A stretch of DNA of 51,998 nucleotides from positions 66,092,770-66,144,767 of the forward strand of contig NC_057718.1 in assembly GCF_004010195.1 (NCBI RefSeq). Reading direction: 5' to 3'. The position numbers and the translations under genes are program-made. Shown in pieces: positions 36,649 to 47,645 of the stretch. Origin of the DNA: Chiloscyllium plagiosum (taxonomy: Eukaryota). Every line of letters begins with the position of its first letter. The stretch's first letter is position 1. The notes under the pieces were generated by a model. It ran no database searches. It saw nothing but the letters and a program-made list of their open reading frames with translations, and was not told the origin of the DNA.

Positions 36649-38252
36649 GTTGTGGAGTATAAGATCATAGGATACAGAATTTATAGCAGTGTAATGTAAC
36701 TGAAATTATATATTGAAAAAGACCTGGATTGTTTAAGTCTCTCATCTTTTAGAATGGATATGCTGGTTTCAGTTTTTCATATCCCAGAACTTTCTTAAAG
36801 TTACATTCTCAAGTGAACTTTAACAATCAGTCACACAGGGACTGATTCTAATCTAAATAACGGATTTCCAGAATCTTACATGGATTTATGCAGTTTTTGA
36901 GCAAAATGAAATGCAATTCTGCAAGTACAAATTCACTCCACAAATTTGTGTGTGTGTGTGTGTACATGTGGGAGTGTGTGTATGTCTGTGAGTGTGAGTG
37001 TAAAAGGGTACATGTTTTGTGAAAGAGTGCGTGTGTGAGCATATGAGAGAGAACTTGTGTACGAGAGAGGGTGCAGGAGAGTGTGTGTGCGCGCGTGCAT
37101 CTGTAGGAGTGTCACTGTGCCTGTCTGAGTGTGTGTCGTGTGTGTATAGTGCAGTGGGGTCACCTGTAGTGTGACATGAACCCAAGGTCCCAATTGAGGC
37201 CATTCCCGTGGGTACAGAACTTGGCTATCAGCCACTTTGTGTTGCCTATCCTGAAGTCTGCTTTGGAGGATGGTCACCCGAAGGTCCGAGGTTGAATGAT
37301 CCAGACCGCTGAAGTGTTCTGCGACTGGGAGGGAACACTCCTGTCTGTTGATTGTTGTACGGTGTCCATTCATCCGTTGTTATAGCCTGTGCTCGGTGTC
37401 GCCAATGTACCATGCCTCATGGCATCCTTGTCTGCAGTATATGAGATAGACAATGTTTGCTGAGTCACATGAGTACCTGCCACATACATGGTAGGAGGTG
37501 TCTCCACGTGTAATGGTGGTATCCGTGTCCACATTCGGACACATCTTGCAACATCTACCATGACAAGGTTCTATGGTATTTTCCTGAAAGTCGGCCAGTT
37601 TGCTGTGAACAATGATCCATTTGAAGTTTGGTGATTGTTTGAAGGCATAGGGAAAGTCTTGGCACGGTGTTCATCCTCATTGATAATGTGTTGTAGGCTG
37701 CGAAGAACGTGGCATAGTTTTTCAGCTCTTGGGATGCACTGGACAACAAAGGATACCCTGTCAGTTGCAGCTTGTGTCTGTCCCCTGAGGAGGTCATTAC
37801 AGTTTCTCGCTGTGGCATGTCGGAACATTGCGGTCGATGAATTGAGCATCGTACCCCATTTTTATGAGGGCATCCTTAGTTACTTCCAAGTGTCCGTCAC
37901 GTTGCTCCTCGTCTGAACAGATCCTCTGTATGCGTAGGGCTTTTCCACAGGGGATGGCTGTTTTAATATGTTTCAGGAGGTAAATCATGAGCATCGTGAG
38001 GTTATCCGTGGGTTTGTGGTCGAGTGAGGTGCGCATCCTTGATGGAGATGCATGTGTCCAAGAATGAGACAAATACTAGAGAATATTCCATGGTTAATTT
38101 GATGGTGGGATGAAACTCGTTGATATCACTGTGTAGTTGTTTCAGTGACTCATCGCCATGCATCCAGAGGAAGAAAATGTCGATATACCTAGTGTATAAA
38201 ATTAAAAATCACACAACACCAGGTTATAGTCCAACAGGTTTAATTGGAAGCA

Positions 38253-38287
38253 CACTAGCTTTCGGAGTATTGCCCCTTCATCAGGTG
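38253..38287 (-). ncRNA. Minimal hammerhead ribozyme (PLE family B)
   Basis: CAC-CTGATGA-A-GGGGC aat ACTCC-GAAA-GCTA-GTG. Confidence 0.7.
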
Positions 38288-38946
38288 ATAGTGGAGGGCT
38301 CAATCCTAACACAAAATTTATAGCAAAAATTTACAGTGTGATGTAACTGAAATTGTACATTGAAAAATTGATTGTTAAGTCTTTCATCTGTTTGAATACC
38401 ATGATAGTTTCACTTCTTTCATGTGTAAATCACAAAACCTTTTTTTAAAAAGTTGCACTGTCAGGTTAGCTGTTAACAATGGTGATAGCTAGACAATATG
38501 TTGAAGGTGTTAGCCTCCTGTGTTCTCTGTCTATGCCATGATGTTTAGATTGATTCTAATCTAAAAAGTGAGATAACAGAGTTTTACAACCCAGACAGAC
38601 ACTCACACACACAGACAGACAAAGACCCACATGCACACATATATTTTGTGGAGTGAATTTGTACTTGCAGGGTTACATTGTACTTTGCTCAAAAACTGCA
38701 TACATTCATGTAGAACTCTGAGCTCAACAACTGCATGAATTCATGTAAAACTCCGTTATCTCGCTTTTTAGATCAGAGTTAAGTTTCGAAACTCCTAAGA
38801 TTCCGGGAAGATCCCATTAGATTGGAAGGTAGCTAATGTGATTCCTTTGTTCATCAAGGGAGGCAGATAAAAAAGCAGAGTTGAGAAATGTGATGCTGGA
38901 AAAAGGGCCAGTTAGCTAAATACCTGCCATAGAGAAAATGTTAGAG

Positions 38947-39257
38947 GCGGCATGGTGGCTCAGTGTTAGCACTGCTGCCTCACAGCATCAGGGACCCAGG
39001 TTCAATTCCCACCTCGGGCGACTGTCTATATGGAGTTTGCAGCTTCTCCCCGTGTCTGCGTGGGTTTCCTCCCGGGTGCTCCAGTTTCCTCCCACAGTCC
39101 AAAGATATGCAGGTTAGGTGAATTGGTCATGCTAAATTGCCCGTAGAGTTAGGTGCATTAGTTAGGGGGAATGGGTCTGGGTGGATTACTCTTCGGAGGG
39201 TCGGTGTGGACTAGATGGGCTGGGGGGCCTGTTTCCACTCTGTAGGTAATCTAATCG
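38947..39257 (+). mobile_element. HE1-like V-SINE
   Basis: Colinear with 2309-2633. Confidence 0.9.
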
Positions 39258-39372
39258 AATCTATTATTACATAAATTACAGAAGTTGATACAGCAGCATG
39301 TAGATAAACTTAAGGTAATCAGACAGGTAAACGTGTGAAGGGGAAATCATTTTTAACCAATGTATAGCCCTT

Positions 39373-39662
39373 CATAGAATTATAAAATTATGATAGAGGC
39401 CATTCAGCCCATCCAGTCTGCACCAACCCACTGAAGTGCAGACCCACTCTAATCCCTGTAACCCCATGTAGCTAATCCACCGAACCAGCACTTCCCTGGC
39501 CACTACAGGGCAATTTACCATGTCCAGTCACATAACCTGCTCAACGTTGGATTGTGGGAGGAAACCACTGCACTCGGCAGAAACCCATACAAACTCTGCA
39601 CAGATAGTCACCCAAGGCTGGAATTGAACCCAGATCTTTTGATGCTAACGACCGTGTCACTG
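39373..39662 (-). mobile_element. HE1-related V-SINE, diverged
   Basis: Colinear with 7995-8345; B box ggttcaattcc on the minus strand. Confidence 0.75.
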
Positions 39663-40081
39663 AAAGTTCCTTGTGTAAGCAACATATGCACTGGAAAAGG
39701 GGAACCAATGAATGTATTATTTTAAAGTATTAGCTTAAGTGTCACATCAAAGGTTATTGTTGAAAATAAGAGCCTTTTGTGTTGGTGTAAAATATTGGCA
39801 GAGATAGAGAATTTGTTAGCTAACAGGAACGAGTGAATAGGCATAAATGGGTCATTCTTCAGGTTGGCAAGATGTAACAAGTGGTGTGCTGGGTACTGAA
39901 TCAAAGCTGGGACCTCAACTGTTTACAAGTTATATATACGATTTAAATAAAGGAATGGAGGATATGGTTGCCACTTTTGCTGAGGAGACACGGGTATATT
40001 GAAATAAATTCTGAAAAGGATGTAAGGATGCTACAAAGAGATATAGTTAGGGTTATTGAGTGGGCAAAAATTTGGAAAAGT

Positions 40082-40895
40082 ACATAGATAAGCTGCAGAG
40101 CTGGGCTGAAAGTTTAATACAGACAAGTGTGAGGTGATTCACTTTGGTCAGAATAACTGGAATGCAAAGTACTGGGCTATTGGTAAGATTCTTGGTACTA
40201 TAGATGAGCAGAGAGATCTCTGTGTCCAGGTACACAGATCCTTGAAAGTTGCCACCCAGGTTGACAGGGTTGTTAAGAAGGCATACAGTGTTTTAGCTTT
40301 TATTAATGGAGGGATCGAGTTCCGGAACCATGAGGTTATGCTACAGCTGTACGAAACTCTGGTGCAGCTGCACTTGGAGTATTGTGTACAGTTCTGGTCA
40401 CTGCATTATAAGAAGGATGTGGAAGCTTTGAAAAGGGTGCAGAGGAGATTTACTAGGATGTTGTCTGGTATGGAGGGAAGGTCTTATGAGGAAAAGCTGA
40501 GGGACTTGAGGCTGTTTTCATTGGAGAGAAGAAGGTTGAGAGGTGACTTAATAGAAATATATAAGATAATCAGAGGGTTAGATAGGGCGGACAGGGCGAG
40601 TCTTTTTCCAAGTATGGTGACGGTGAGCACGAGGGGGCATAGCTTTAAACTGAGGGGTGATAGATATAGGACAGGTGTCAGAGGTAGTTTCTTTACTCAG
40701 AGAGTAGTAAGGATATGGAATGCTTTGCCTGCAACGGTAGTAGATTCGCCAACTTTAAGTACATTTAAGTAGTCATTGGACAAGCATATGGACGTACATG
40801 GAATAGTGTTGGTTAGATGGGCTTCAGATTGGTATGACAGGTCGGCACAACATCGAGGGCCGAAGGGCCTGTACTGTGCTGTTATGTTTCTATGT
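40082..40895 (+). mobile_element. Younger 5'-truncated CR1 LINE
   Basis: 212-aa open ORF2 C-terminus (HLEYCVQFWS...RRLRGDLIE...FFTQRVV); 'gggccgaagggcctgtactgtgctgttatgtttctatg' tail. Confidence 0.9.
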
Positions 40896-42127
40896 GGTGA
40901 AGTTGTCCATTTTGGCAGGGAAAATAAAAATAAAGCATATTTTTTAAACGGCGAGAGATTGCACAGCTCTGAAATGCAGAGGGATCTGCCTATCCTTGTG
41001 AATGAATCACAAAAGGCTAGTATGCAGGTACAGCAAGTAATTATAAAAGCTAATAGAATGTCATAATTTACTCCAAGGAAAATTTAATTCAAAAGTTAGG
41101 AGGTTTTGCTTCAGTTGTACAGGGCACTAGTGACACCACATTTAGAATATTGTGAATGGTATTGGGCACTTTATTTAAGAACAGATGTAGATGCATTGGA
41201 AGCAGCTCAGAGAAAGTTCACCAGACCAAAATCTGAAATGGATGAGTTGGCTTAGGATGAAACTTGGACAGGTTAGATTTGAATCCAGTGGAGTTTAGAA
41301 GAGTAAGAGGTGAGATGATTGAAACACAAGATCCTGAGGAGTCTTGACAGGGTAGATATGGAGAGCCATGTTTCTTCATATGGGAGAATCCAGAATTGGG
41401 GCACTGGATAAAAATGAGTTGTCCACTTAAAACAGATTAGATTTTTTTTTCTCTCCAGAGGGTTGTGAATCTTTGGAACTCTCTTTCTGAAAACATCATG
41501 AAAGGAGAGTCCTTGAATATTTTAAGGTAAATGTGCATAGATTCTTGGTAAACAGGAGGTGAAAGGTTATCAGGAGTAGATGGCAATTTGGATCTGTAGT
41601 TACAATGATTTTATATCTGGCAGATCAAGCTTGAAGGACCAACAGCCCACTACTCCTTGTTCTTACATGCATATCTTTTGTTTAGTCATTTTACAGCTTT
41701 CTGCACTCAACATTGAGTTCAGGTTATAACTTCTGTCTCATTTTTTATTCTTATGTCCTCATGTACAGTTCTTCCAGACCCATTTTTTTTCTTCACTTGT
41801 GCCATTAATACCCATTTGTGTCTTACACCATGGTAACTTTTGTCTCTTAATCTATCATAGACCATCCCTTTTGTTCCATCTCTACCTCTTCTCTTTGCCA
41901 GCACTTCATTCGATCTTGTTACGTCTGTAAATTTCACCAAATCTCATGAAAGGCTGTCAACTCGAAGCGTTGTTTCTGTTTCCAGAGATGCTGCCTGTCC
42001 TGCTGAATATTTCTGTGTTATGTTCTGTTCTGAAATATGGTCTGTTTTCATTCAATACTTGCAGCAACTGCAATATTTCTCCTTCCCTTTTTCTCAAAAA
42101 TATTAAAGTTTATTTTCATTGACTTAC

Positions 42128-42236
42128 TCCATATGTGCCAACGTGTTCCAGTGCACTGGACACAGCAAATATTCAGAAAACCTTGAAGATTTGGAGAAAT
42201 CTTCAACCATGGTGCAACCATGACAATAGTATCCAC
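42128..42236 (-). other. Candidate 109-nt exon of an unidentified transcript
   Basis: tttacag acceptor, GTAAGT donor, two open frames, GCACCATGG Kozak context at 42210; non-repetitive sequence. No protein recognised. Confidence 0.35.
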
Positions 42237-42333
42237 CTGTAAATATGGAGGGTCACGTGCATACAGTTCCCAATCCTCTCTGAATAAAATGTAATATAAA
42301 ATTTTGGAACATTGCTCAGTAAGTCATGTAGCA

Positions 42334-42363
42334 TTGACATTTCAAGTCAATACCTTTCATCAG
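42334..42363 (-). ncRNA. Degenerate hammerhead motif in an old PLE-type repeat
   Basis: CTGATGA-A-AGGT attg ACTT-GAAA-TGTC-aa. Confidence 0.45.
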
Positions 42364-42390
42364 CCTGTGAAACATTAACTCAGCTTCACT

Positions 42391-42518
42391 CTTCTTGATG
42401 AAGAGCTTATGCTCAAAACGTCAAGTCTCCTGCTCCTCGAAACAGCCTGACCAGCTGTGCTTTTCCAGCGGCACACTTTTTGACTCTGATCTCCAACTTC
42501 TGCAGTCCTCACTTTCTC
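42391..42518 (+). mobile_element. Solo PLE family A pLTR with hammerhead variant (42391-42425)
   Basis: TTGATGA-a-GAGC ttat GCTC-AAAA-cgtc; body matches 44830-44950; flanked by tcagcttcact direct repeats. Confidence 0.75.
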
Positions 42519-42714
42519 TTCAGCTTCACTTTCTGTAGGCATTGCCTAATTGCTGAGTGTTTCCGACATTTGATATTAAATTTTCGTAGTATTTTGTTAC
42601 TGAATTAGCAGAGTGGTGGTGCGAATCAACAATAATCCCATCAGGCAACACCTGCATTCTGCTGAACTCTTCATCAGTGAGAGTTAAAGTTGACTTGAGG
42701 GCCCTTCCAGATCC

Positions 42715-43030
42715 CTAAGTGAGGGATTTCAAGATGAGGGAGCATATTTTTAAGGTGAGGGGAGAGAGATTTAACAAAGACATAAAGAGGCAATTTTTTT
42801 TTACACCGAGGATGGTACGCGTGTGGAATGAACTTCCTGAGAAAGTGGTGGATGTGGGTACAATTACACCGTTTAAAAGGTATTTGGACAGATGCATGAA
42901 TAGGAAGGATTTGAAGAAATATGGGCCAGGAGCAGACAGGTGAGATTAGTTTAGTTTAGGATTATGTTCGGCATGGACTGGTTGGACCAAAGGGTCTCTT
43001 TCCATGCTGTATGACTGTATGACTCTATGA
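42715..43030 (+). mobile_element. CR1/HER1-like LINE 3' end
   Basis: FKVRGERF...RVWNELPEKVV; (atgactct)-type tail. Confidence 0.88.
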
Positions 43031-43619
43031 GGAATAATGTAGTTATTTCTCTGAGGCTGAATTTGACAAATAAACAACTTTGACTATTCTACATAATTTG
43101 CTTGGCAGAGTTAGGTTAATTTTATGCATTTCATTCAATGAGAATAGATGAGGTTAACCTTGTAGCAGCATTGAGAAAGGCATCAGTGAGTGGGTCAGCA
43201 TGTCTGGGGTAAAATTATGGATCAACTGAAAGCCAGAAGTACACACATTGTAATCACTCCATGAAACTAAACACCCTTGGCTGTATTTTAACCTGCCAGG
43301 GTGATAAGAAGTCAGTCTATGCAACAAATTAATAGAACAAAAAATACTTGTCAGCAAACCAGCAGGAACCTGGCTACTTCCATATTTAACTCAAGTGTAC
43401 CTGATACCGGTAAGCATACCTTAAATATGTTAAATCTCCATTTAATGCCTTTTCTGTTTCTCACTGCCAGTGGATGGACATCTTTGATTTTTATGTTCTC
43501 AGCAGACAAAAGAACAGTGAAGATTGATGGTGCTGAGGGCTTTGAAACACTGGAGAATGACAGCTTTTTCTTGGACTCAGTGATAGTCTTCTGCTCACAG
43601 CACCTATTCTAATTCTAAA

Positions 43620-44295
43620 AGGGTATTGGAGCAGAAGGATCTGGGTGTGGACGTGCACAGATCACTAAAGGTAGAGGTACAGATTGAGAGTGCAATTACT
43701 TAAGAGTACAAGAGAAATAAGGTAATGGTGAATTTGATTAAAACACTTGTTAAACTTTGGCTGGAGTGTCTACAGATGTGGGCACCATATTATGGAAAGG
43801 ATGTGAATGCATTGACGAGAGCACAGAAACAATTTACAAGAATGATTCCAGGAATTAGAAATTCTAGTTATGACGATAGAGTGAAGAAGTTGGGTCTATT
43901 CTCCTCAGAGGAGATCTGATAGAAGTTTTCAAAATCATATGGAGGCTAGGTAAAGTAGATAGGAAGAAACTGTTCTTGCTTGTAAAAGGGTCAAGAATCA
44001 AACAGTGCACATTAAAATTGATCCCCAAAAAAGTAACTACAAGTTGAGAAGAAACATTTTCAAGAGTGAGTAGTTCAAGTATGGAATGCGCTACCTAGAA
44101 ATGCAGTGGGGGGTAGGTTCAAATGAGGCATTAAAGAGGCATTAGATGATTGTTCATATAGAAATGTGTAAGAGTATGGAGAAAAATAAGGAGATTATCA
44201 ATAGGAAATGAAGGAAATAATGCTCATTTGAAAAGCTAACGCAGACACATTGAGCTGAATGGCCTTCTTCTGTCGAAACACTTCTACAATTCTGT
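43620..44295 (+). mobile_element. Old CR1 LINE 3' fragment
   Basis: KTLVKLWLECLQMWAPYYGKDV...FTRMIPG...KKLGLFS. Confidence 0.8.
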
Positions 44296-44399
44296 GACTT
44301 TGAGACTGTGTTTTCACTACTTTGGAAATGATTTCCAAGACATTGGAAAAAACTTCTACCACCTTTCTCGTTTTGATTTGCATCTTCCTTGGGTTTGTA

Positions 44400-44660
44400 G
44401 AGGGTGGGTGACCGTTATATATGATAATATTAATGGATTAATCCTCCAGGGACGTGAGTTCAACACAGCTGGGAGAATTTAAATTGAATTAACAAATAAA
44501 TGTAGAATAAAAAATGCTAGTTTTATTAATATTGACTATGAGATTGCCCAAGTGTCTTTAAAGCCCATCTGGTTCATGAATTCCTTTCATGGGAGAAAAT
44601 CTGCCCACTTGCCTGTTCTGGCCTACATGAGACTCCAGAACCAGAGGATTCAAACTGCTA
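44400..44660 (+). mobile_element. Old SINE-like copy (same family as 13905-14215)
   Basis: 'cccatctggttcatgaattcctttcatgggagaaaatctgcc...tctggcctacatgagactccag'. Confidence 0.55.
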
Positions 44661-44829
44661 TAGAAAATTTGAATATAAATAAAACCGGGTGGACCACTTG
44701 GTCTGAGAACTGCAAACAATAATGACCTACTCTGCTGAAGGACTCTCAAAGTCCTTCAAACTAATAAGTAATAATAATTGTGCTATAATTGGGAAAGCTG
44801 TCCCCTGAGTCAAGCAGCACACCTTCCTC

Positions 44830-44865
44830 ATTCCTGAAGAAGGGCTTATGCCCGAAACGTCGATT
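44830..44865 (+). ncRNA. Minimal hammerhead ribozyme (PLE family A), intact core
   Basis: ATTC-CTGAAGA-A-GGGC ttat GCCC-GAAA-CGTC-GATT; ACGT palindrome, GUC cleavage triplet. Confidence 0.75.
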
Positions 44866-45220
44866 CTCCTGCTCCTTGGATGCTGCCTGACCAGCTGCGC
44901 TTTTCCAGCAACACATTTTTCAGCTTTGATCTCCAGCATCTGCAGTCCTCATCTTCCGCCTAGGAACCCTCCAACCACAAGGGATGAACTCAGATTTCCC
45001 CAGTTTCCTCGTTTCCCCTCCCTCCACCTTGTCTCAATCCCAACCCTCGAACTCAGCACCACCTTCCTAACCTGCAATCTTCTTCCTGACCTCTCCGCCC
45101 CCACCTCCACTATGGCCTATCACCCTCACCTTAACCTCCTTCCACCTATTGCATTTCCAACGCCCCTCCCAAGTCCCTCCTCCCTACCTTTTATCTTAGC
45201 CTGCTTGGCACACTCTCCTC

Positions 45221-45256
45221 ATTCCTGAAGAAGGGCTCATGCCCGAAATGTCGATT
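45221..45256 (+). ncRNA. Minimal hammerhead ribozyme (PLE family A), second copy
   Basis: ATTC-CTGAAGA-A-GGGC tcat GCCC-GAAA-TGTC-GATT (C>T in helix III). Confidence 0.65.
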
Positions 45257-45319
45257 CTCCTGCTCCTTGGATGCTGCCTGACCTGCTGCGCTTTTCCAGC
45301 AACACATTTTCAGCTCAGA

Positions 45320-46803
45320 TCAGATATATCCAAGGTTACTATGAAAGTGAGGAATGAGATTGCTGCGCCTCTGGCAATGATCTTGGCATCCTCGCGCTCC
45401 ACGGGAGTAGTTCCAGAAGATTGGAGGGAGGCTAATGTTGTTCCTTTGTTCAAGAAAGGAAATAGGGAAATCCCTGGGAATTACAGACCAGTCAAACAAG
45501 GTACTGGAAAGGATTCGGAGAGATAGGTTTTATGACTATTTGGAAAAACATGGTTTGATTAAAGATAGTCAGCACAGCTTTGTGAGGGGCAGGTCATACC
45601 TCACAAGCCTAATTGAGTTTTTTGAGGATGTGACAAGTTGATGAAGGTCGAGCAGGGGATGTGATGTATATGGATTTCAACAAGGCATTTGATAAAGTTC
45701 CACATGGACGGCTTATTCAGAAAGTTCGGAGGTATGGGATACAAGGAAATTTGTCTGTCTGGATACAAAATTGGCTGGCCGAAAGAAGACAGCGAGTGGT
45801 AGTGGATGAAAAGTATTCCACTTAGAGGTTGGTGGCCAGTGGTGTCCCACAGGAATTTGTTCTTGGACCTCTGCACTTTGTAGTTTTTATAATTGATTTG
45901 GATGAAGAATTGGAAGGGTGGGTCAATAAGTTTGCTGATGACACAAAGGTTGGTGGTGTTGTAGATAGTGTCGCAGACTGTTGACAGGATGCGGAGCTGG
46001 GCTGAGAAGTAGCAGATGGAGTTCAAACTGGATAAATGTTAAGTGCTTAATTTTGGAAGGTCGAATTTGAATGCTGAATACAAGGTTAAAGACAGGATTC
46101 TTGCAAGTGTGGAGGAACAATGGGATCTTGGGGTCCACGTACATAGATCCCTCAAAGTTGCTACCCAAGTTGATAGGATTATTAAGAAGGAGTATGGTGT
46201 TTCATTAACAGGTATTGAGCTTAAGAGCCACAAGGTTTTGCTGCAGCTCTATAAAACTCAGGTTAGACCACATTTGAAATATTGTGTCCAGTTCTGGTTG
46301 CCTCATTATAGGAAGGATGTAGATTCTTTGGAGAGGGTGCAGAGGAGATTTCCCAGGATGCTACCTGGATTGGGGGGCTTGTCTTATGAAGAGAGCTTCA
46401 GTGAGCTAAGGCTTTTCACACTGGAGAGAAGGAAGAGAGGTGACTTGATAGGGGTGTACAAGGTAATGTGAAGCATAGATAGAGTAGATAGCCAGAGACT
46501 TTTCCCCAAGGCAGAAATGGCTGTCGTGAGGAGTCATAATTTTAAGGTGATTGGAGGAAGGTACAGGGGAGATGTCAGAGTTAGGTTCTTTATGCAGAGA
46601 GTGATAGGTGCGTGGAATGCACTGCAGCGGTGGTAGTAAAGTCAGAGACATTAGGGAAATTTAAACAACTGCTGTACAAGAACATGGACGGCAGTAAATT
46701 GAAGGGAGTGTAGGTTAGGTTAATCTTAGATTAAGATAAATGCTCGGCACAACATCGTGGGCCGAAGGGACTGTACTGTGCTGTACTATTCTACGTTCTA
46801 TAT
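45320..46803 (+). mobile_element. 5'-truncated CR1 LINE (RT + 3' UTR), disrupted
   Basis: DWREANVVPLFKKG..PGNYRP, MDFNKAFDKVPH, KFADDTK; same tail as 40082-40895. Confidence 0.92.
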
Positions 46804-47169
46804 CTTTAACATAACCCCTTTTAAGCATTCCAAAGTCATACAAACAGACACACAAAGAAGCAAGACAAGACACCAGTATGATGGGTTGGGAAGGGATAAA
46901 AATGTCAGTGAAGCACAGTTCTTGCTTCAGTCCAATTACAGGCATTGATGAGTTATTTTTCTTCACCCTCCTTGCCAATTCCTTTCAATTCTTTGATGAC
47001 ATCATGAGGTTGCAAATACATCAATTCTCAATCTTACATTCACTGGTTGAGGACTTGTCCTTTCAGTGTCTCTGAAAAGGCATGACTTGGAGATGCCAGT
47101 GTTGGACTGGGTGTACAAAATTAAAAATCACACAACACCAGGTTATAGTCCAACAGGTTTAATTTGAAG

Positions 47170-47204
47170 CACTAGCTTTCGGAGCGCTGCTCCTTCTTCA
47201 GGTG
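47170..47204 (-). ncRNA. Minimal hammerhead ribozyme (PLE family B), best-preserved copy
   Basis: CAC-CTGAAGA-A-GGAGC agc GCTCC-GAAA-GCTA-GTG: stem I CAC/GTG, 5-bp stem II, AGCT palindrome, CUA cleavage triplet. Confidence 0.78.
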
Positions 47205-47219
47205 GTTGTGGAGAATAAG

Positions 47220-47340
47220 GGTTTGGAGGGAAATGGGTCGGGTGCTAGCAGGTGGGACGAGATTGGGTTGGGATATCTGATCGGCATGGACGGGTTGGAC
47301 TGAAGGGTCTGCTTCCATGCTGTACATCTCTATGACTCTA
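47220..47340 (+). mobile_element. ~120-bp HER1 LINE 3' tail insertion
   Basis: Matches 22580-22700; aataag on both flanks. Confidence 0.85.
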
Positions 47341-47645
47341 ATAAGATTGTAAGACACAGAATTTATAGCAAAAGTTTACAGTGTGATGTAACTGAAATTA
47401 TATATTGAAAAAGACCTGGATTGTTTGTTAAGTCTCTCATCTTTTAGAATGACCACGTTGGTTTCAGTTCTTTCATATCTAAATCGTCAAACTTTTTTTA
47501 AAAGTTACATTCTCAAATGAACTTTAACAACTGGAGTCATGTCAGCCCAGATAATGTATTGAAGGTGTTAGCTCCCTGTGTGAGGCTGTCTGTGCCACAA
47601 TGGTCAGACTGATTCTAATCTAAAAAACTGATTTACAGAATCTTA

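Larger units (their letters stand above)
36535..38780 (-). mobile_element. Penelope-like element family B: pLTR - RT C-term/GIY-YIG - pLTR, plus inverted piece
   Basis: Minus strand RYID-IFFLWMHGDESLKQLHSDINEFHPTIKLT (about 38190-38090), 'HIKTAIPCGKALRIQRICS', 'YSCDSANIVYLIYCRQGC..WYIG', 'LPVAEHFS'; repeat 36560-36830 recurs at 38200-38500; 38600-38775 is an inverted copy of 36850-36970. Confidence 0.9.
38785..41675 (+). mobile_element. Old CR1 LINE RT/3' region hosting two SINEs and a younger LINE
   Basis: 'gattggaaggtagctaatgtgattcctttgttc' (DWKVANVIPLF); colinear RT remnants resume after each insert. Confidence 0.8.
44815..45318 (+). mobile_element. PLE family A partial tandem: pLTR - ORF tail/UTR - pLTR
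   Basis: 44818-44925 repeated at 45209-45316 (period 391); the intervening part encodes IFRLGTLQPQGMNSDF (PLE ORF end). Confidence 0.9.

Noticed and set aside
36945..37150. His/Thr-rich ORFs over (GT)n-rich sequence
   Set aside because: Microsatellite-like UTR of PLE family B, repeated at 49080-49265.
43420..43603. Open minus-strand frame with SKPSAPSIF resembling an Ig constant-domain start
   Set aside because: No downstream Ig Cys/Trp pattern and a weak acceptor; no V, J or RSS elements seen nearby.
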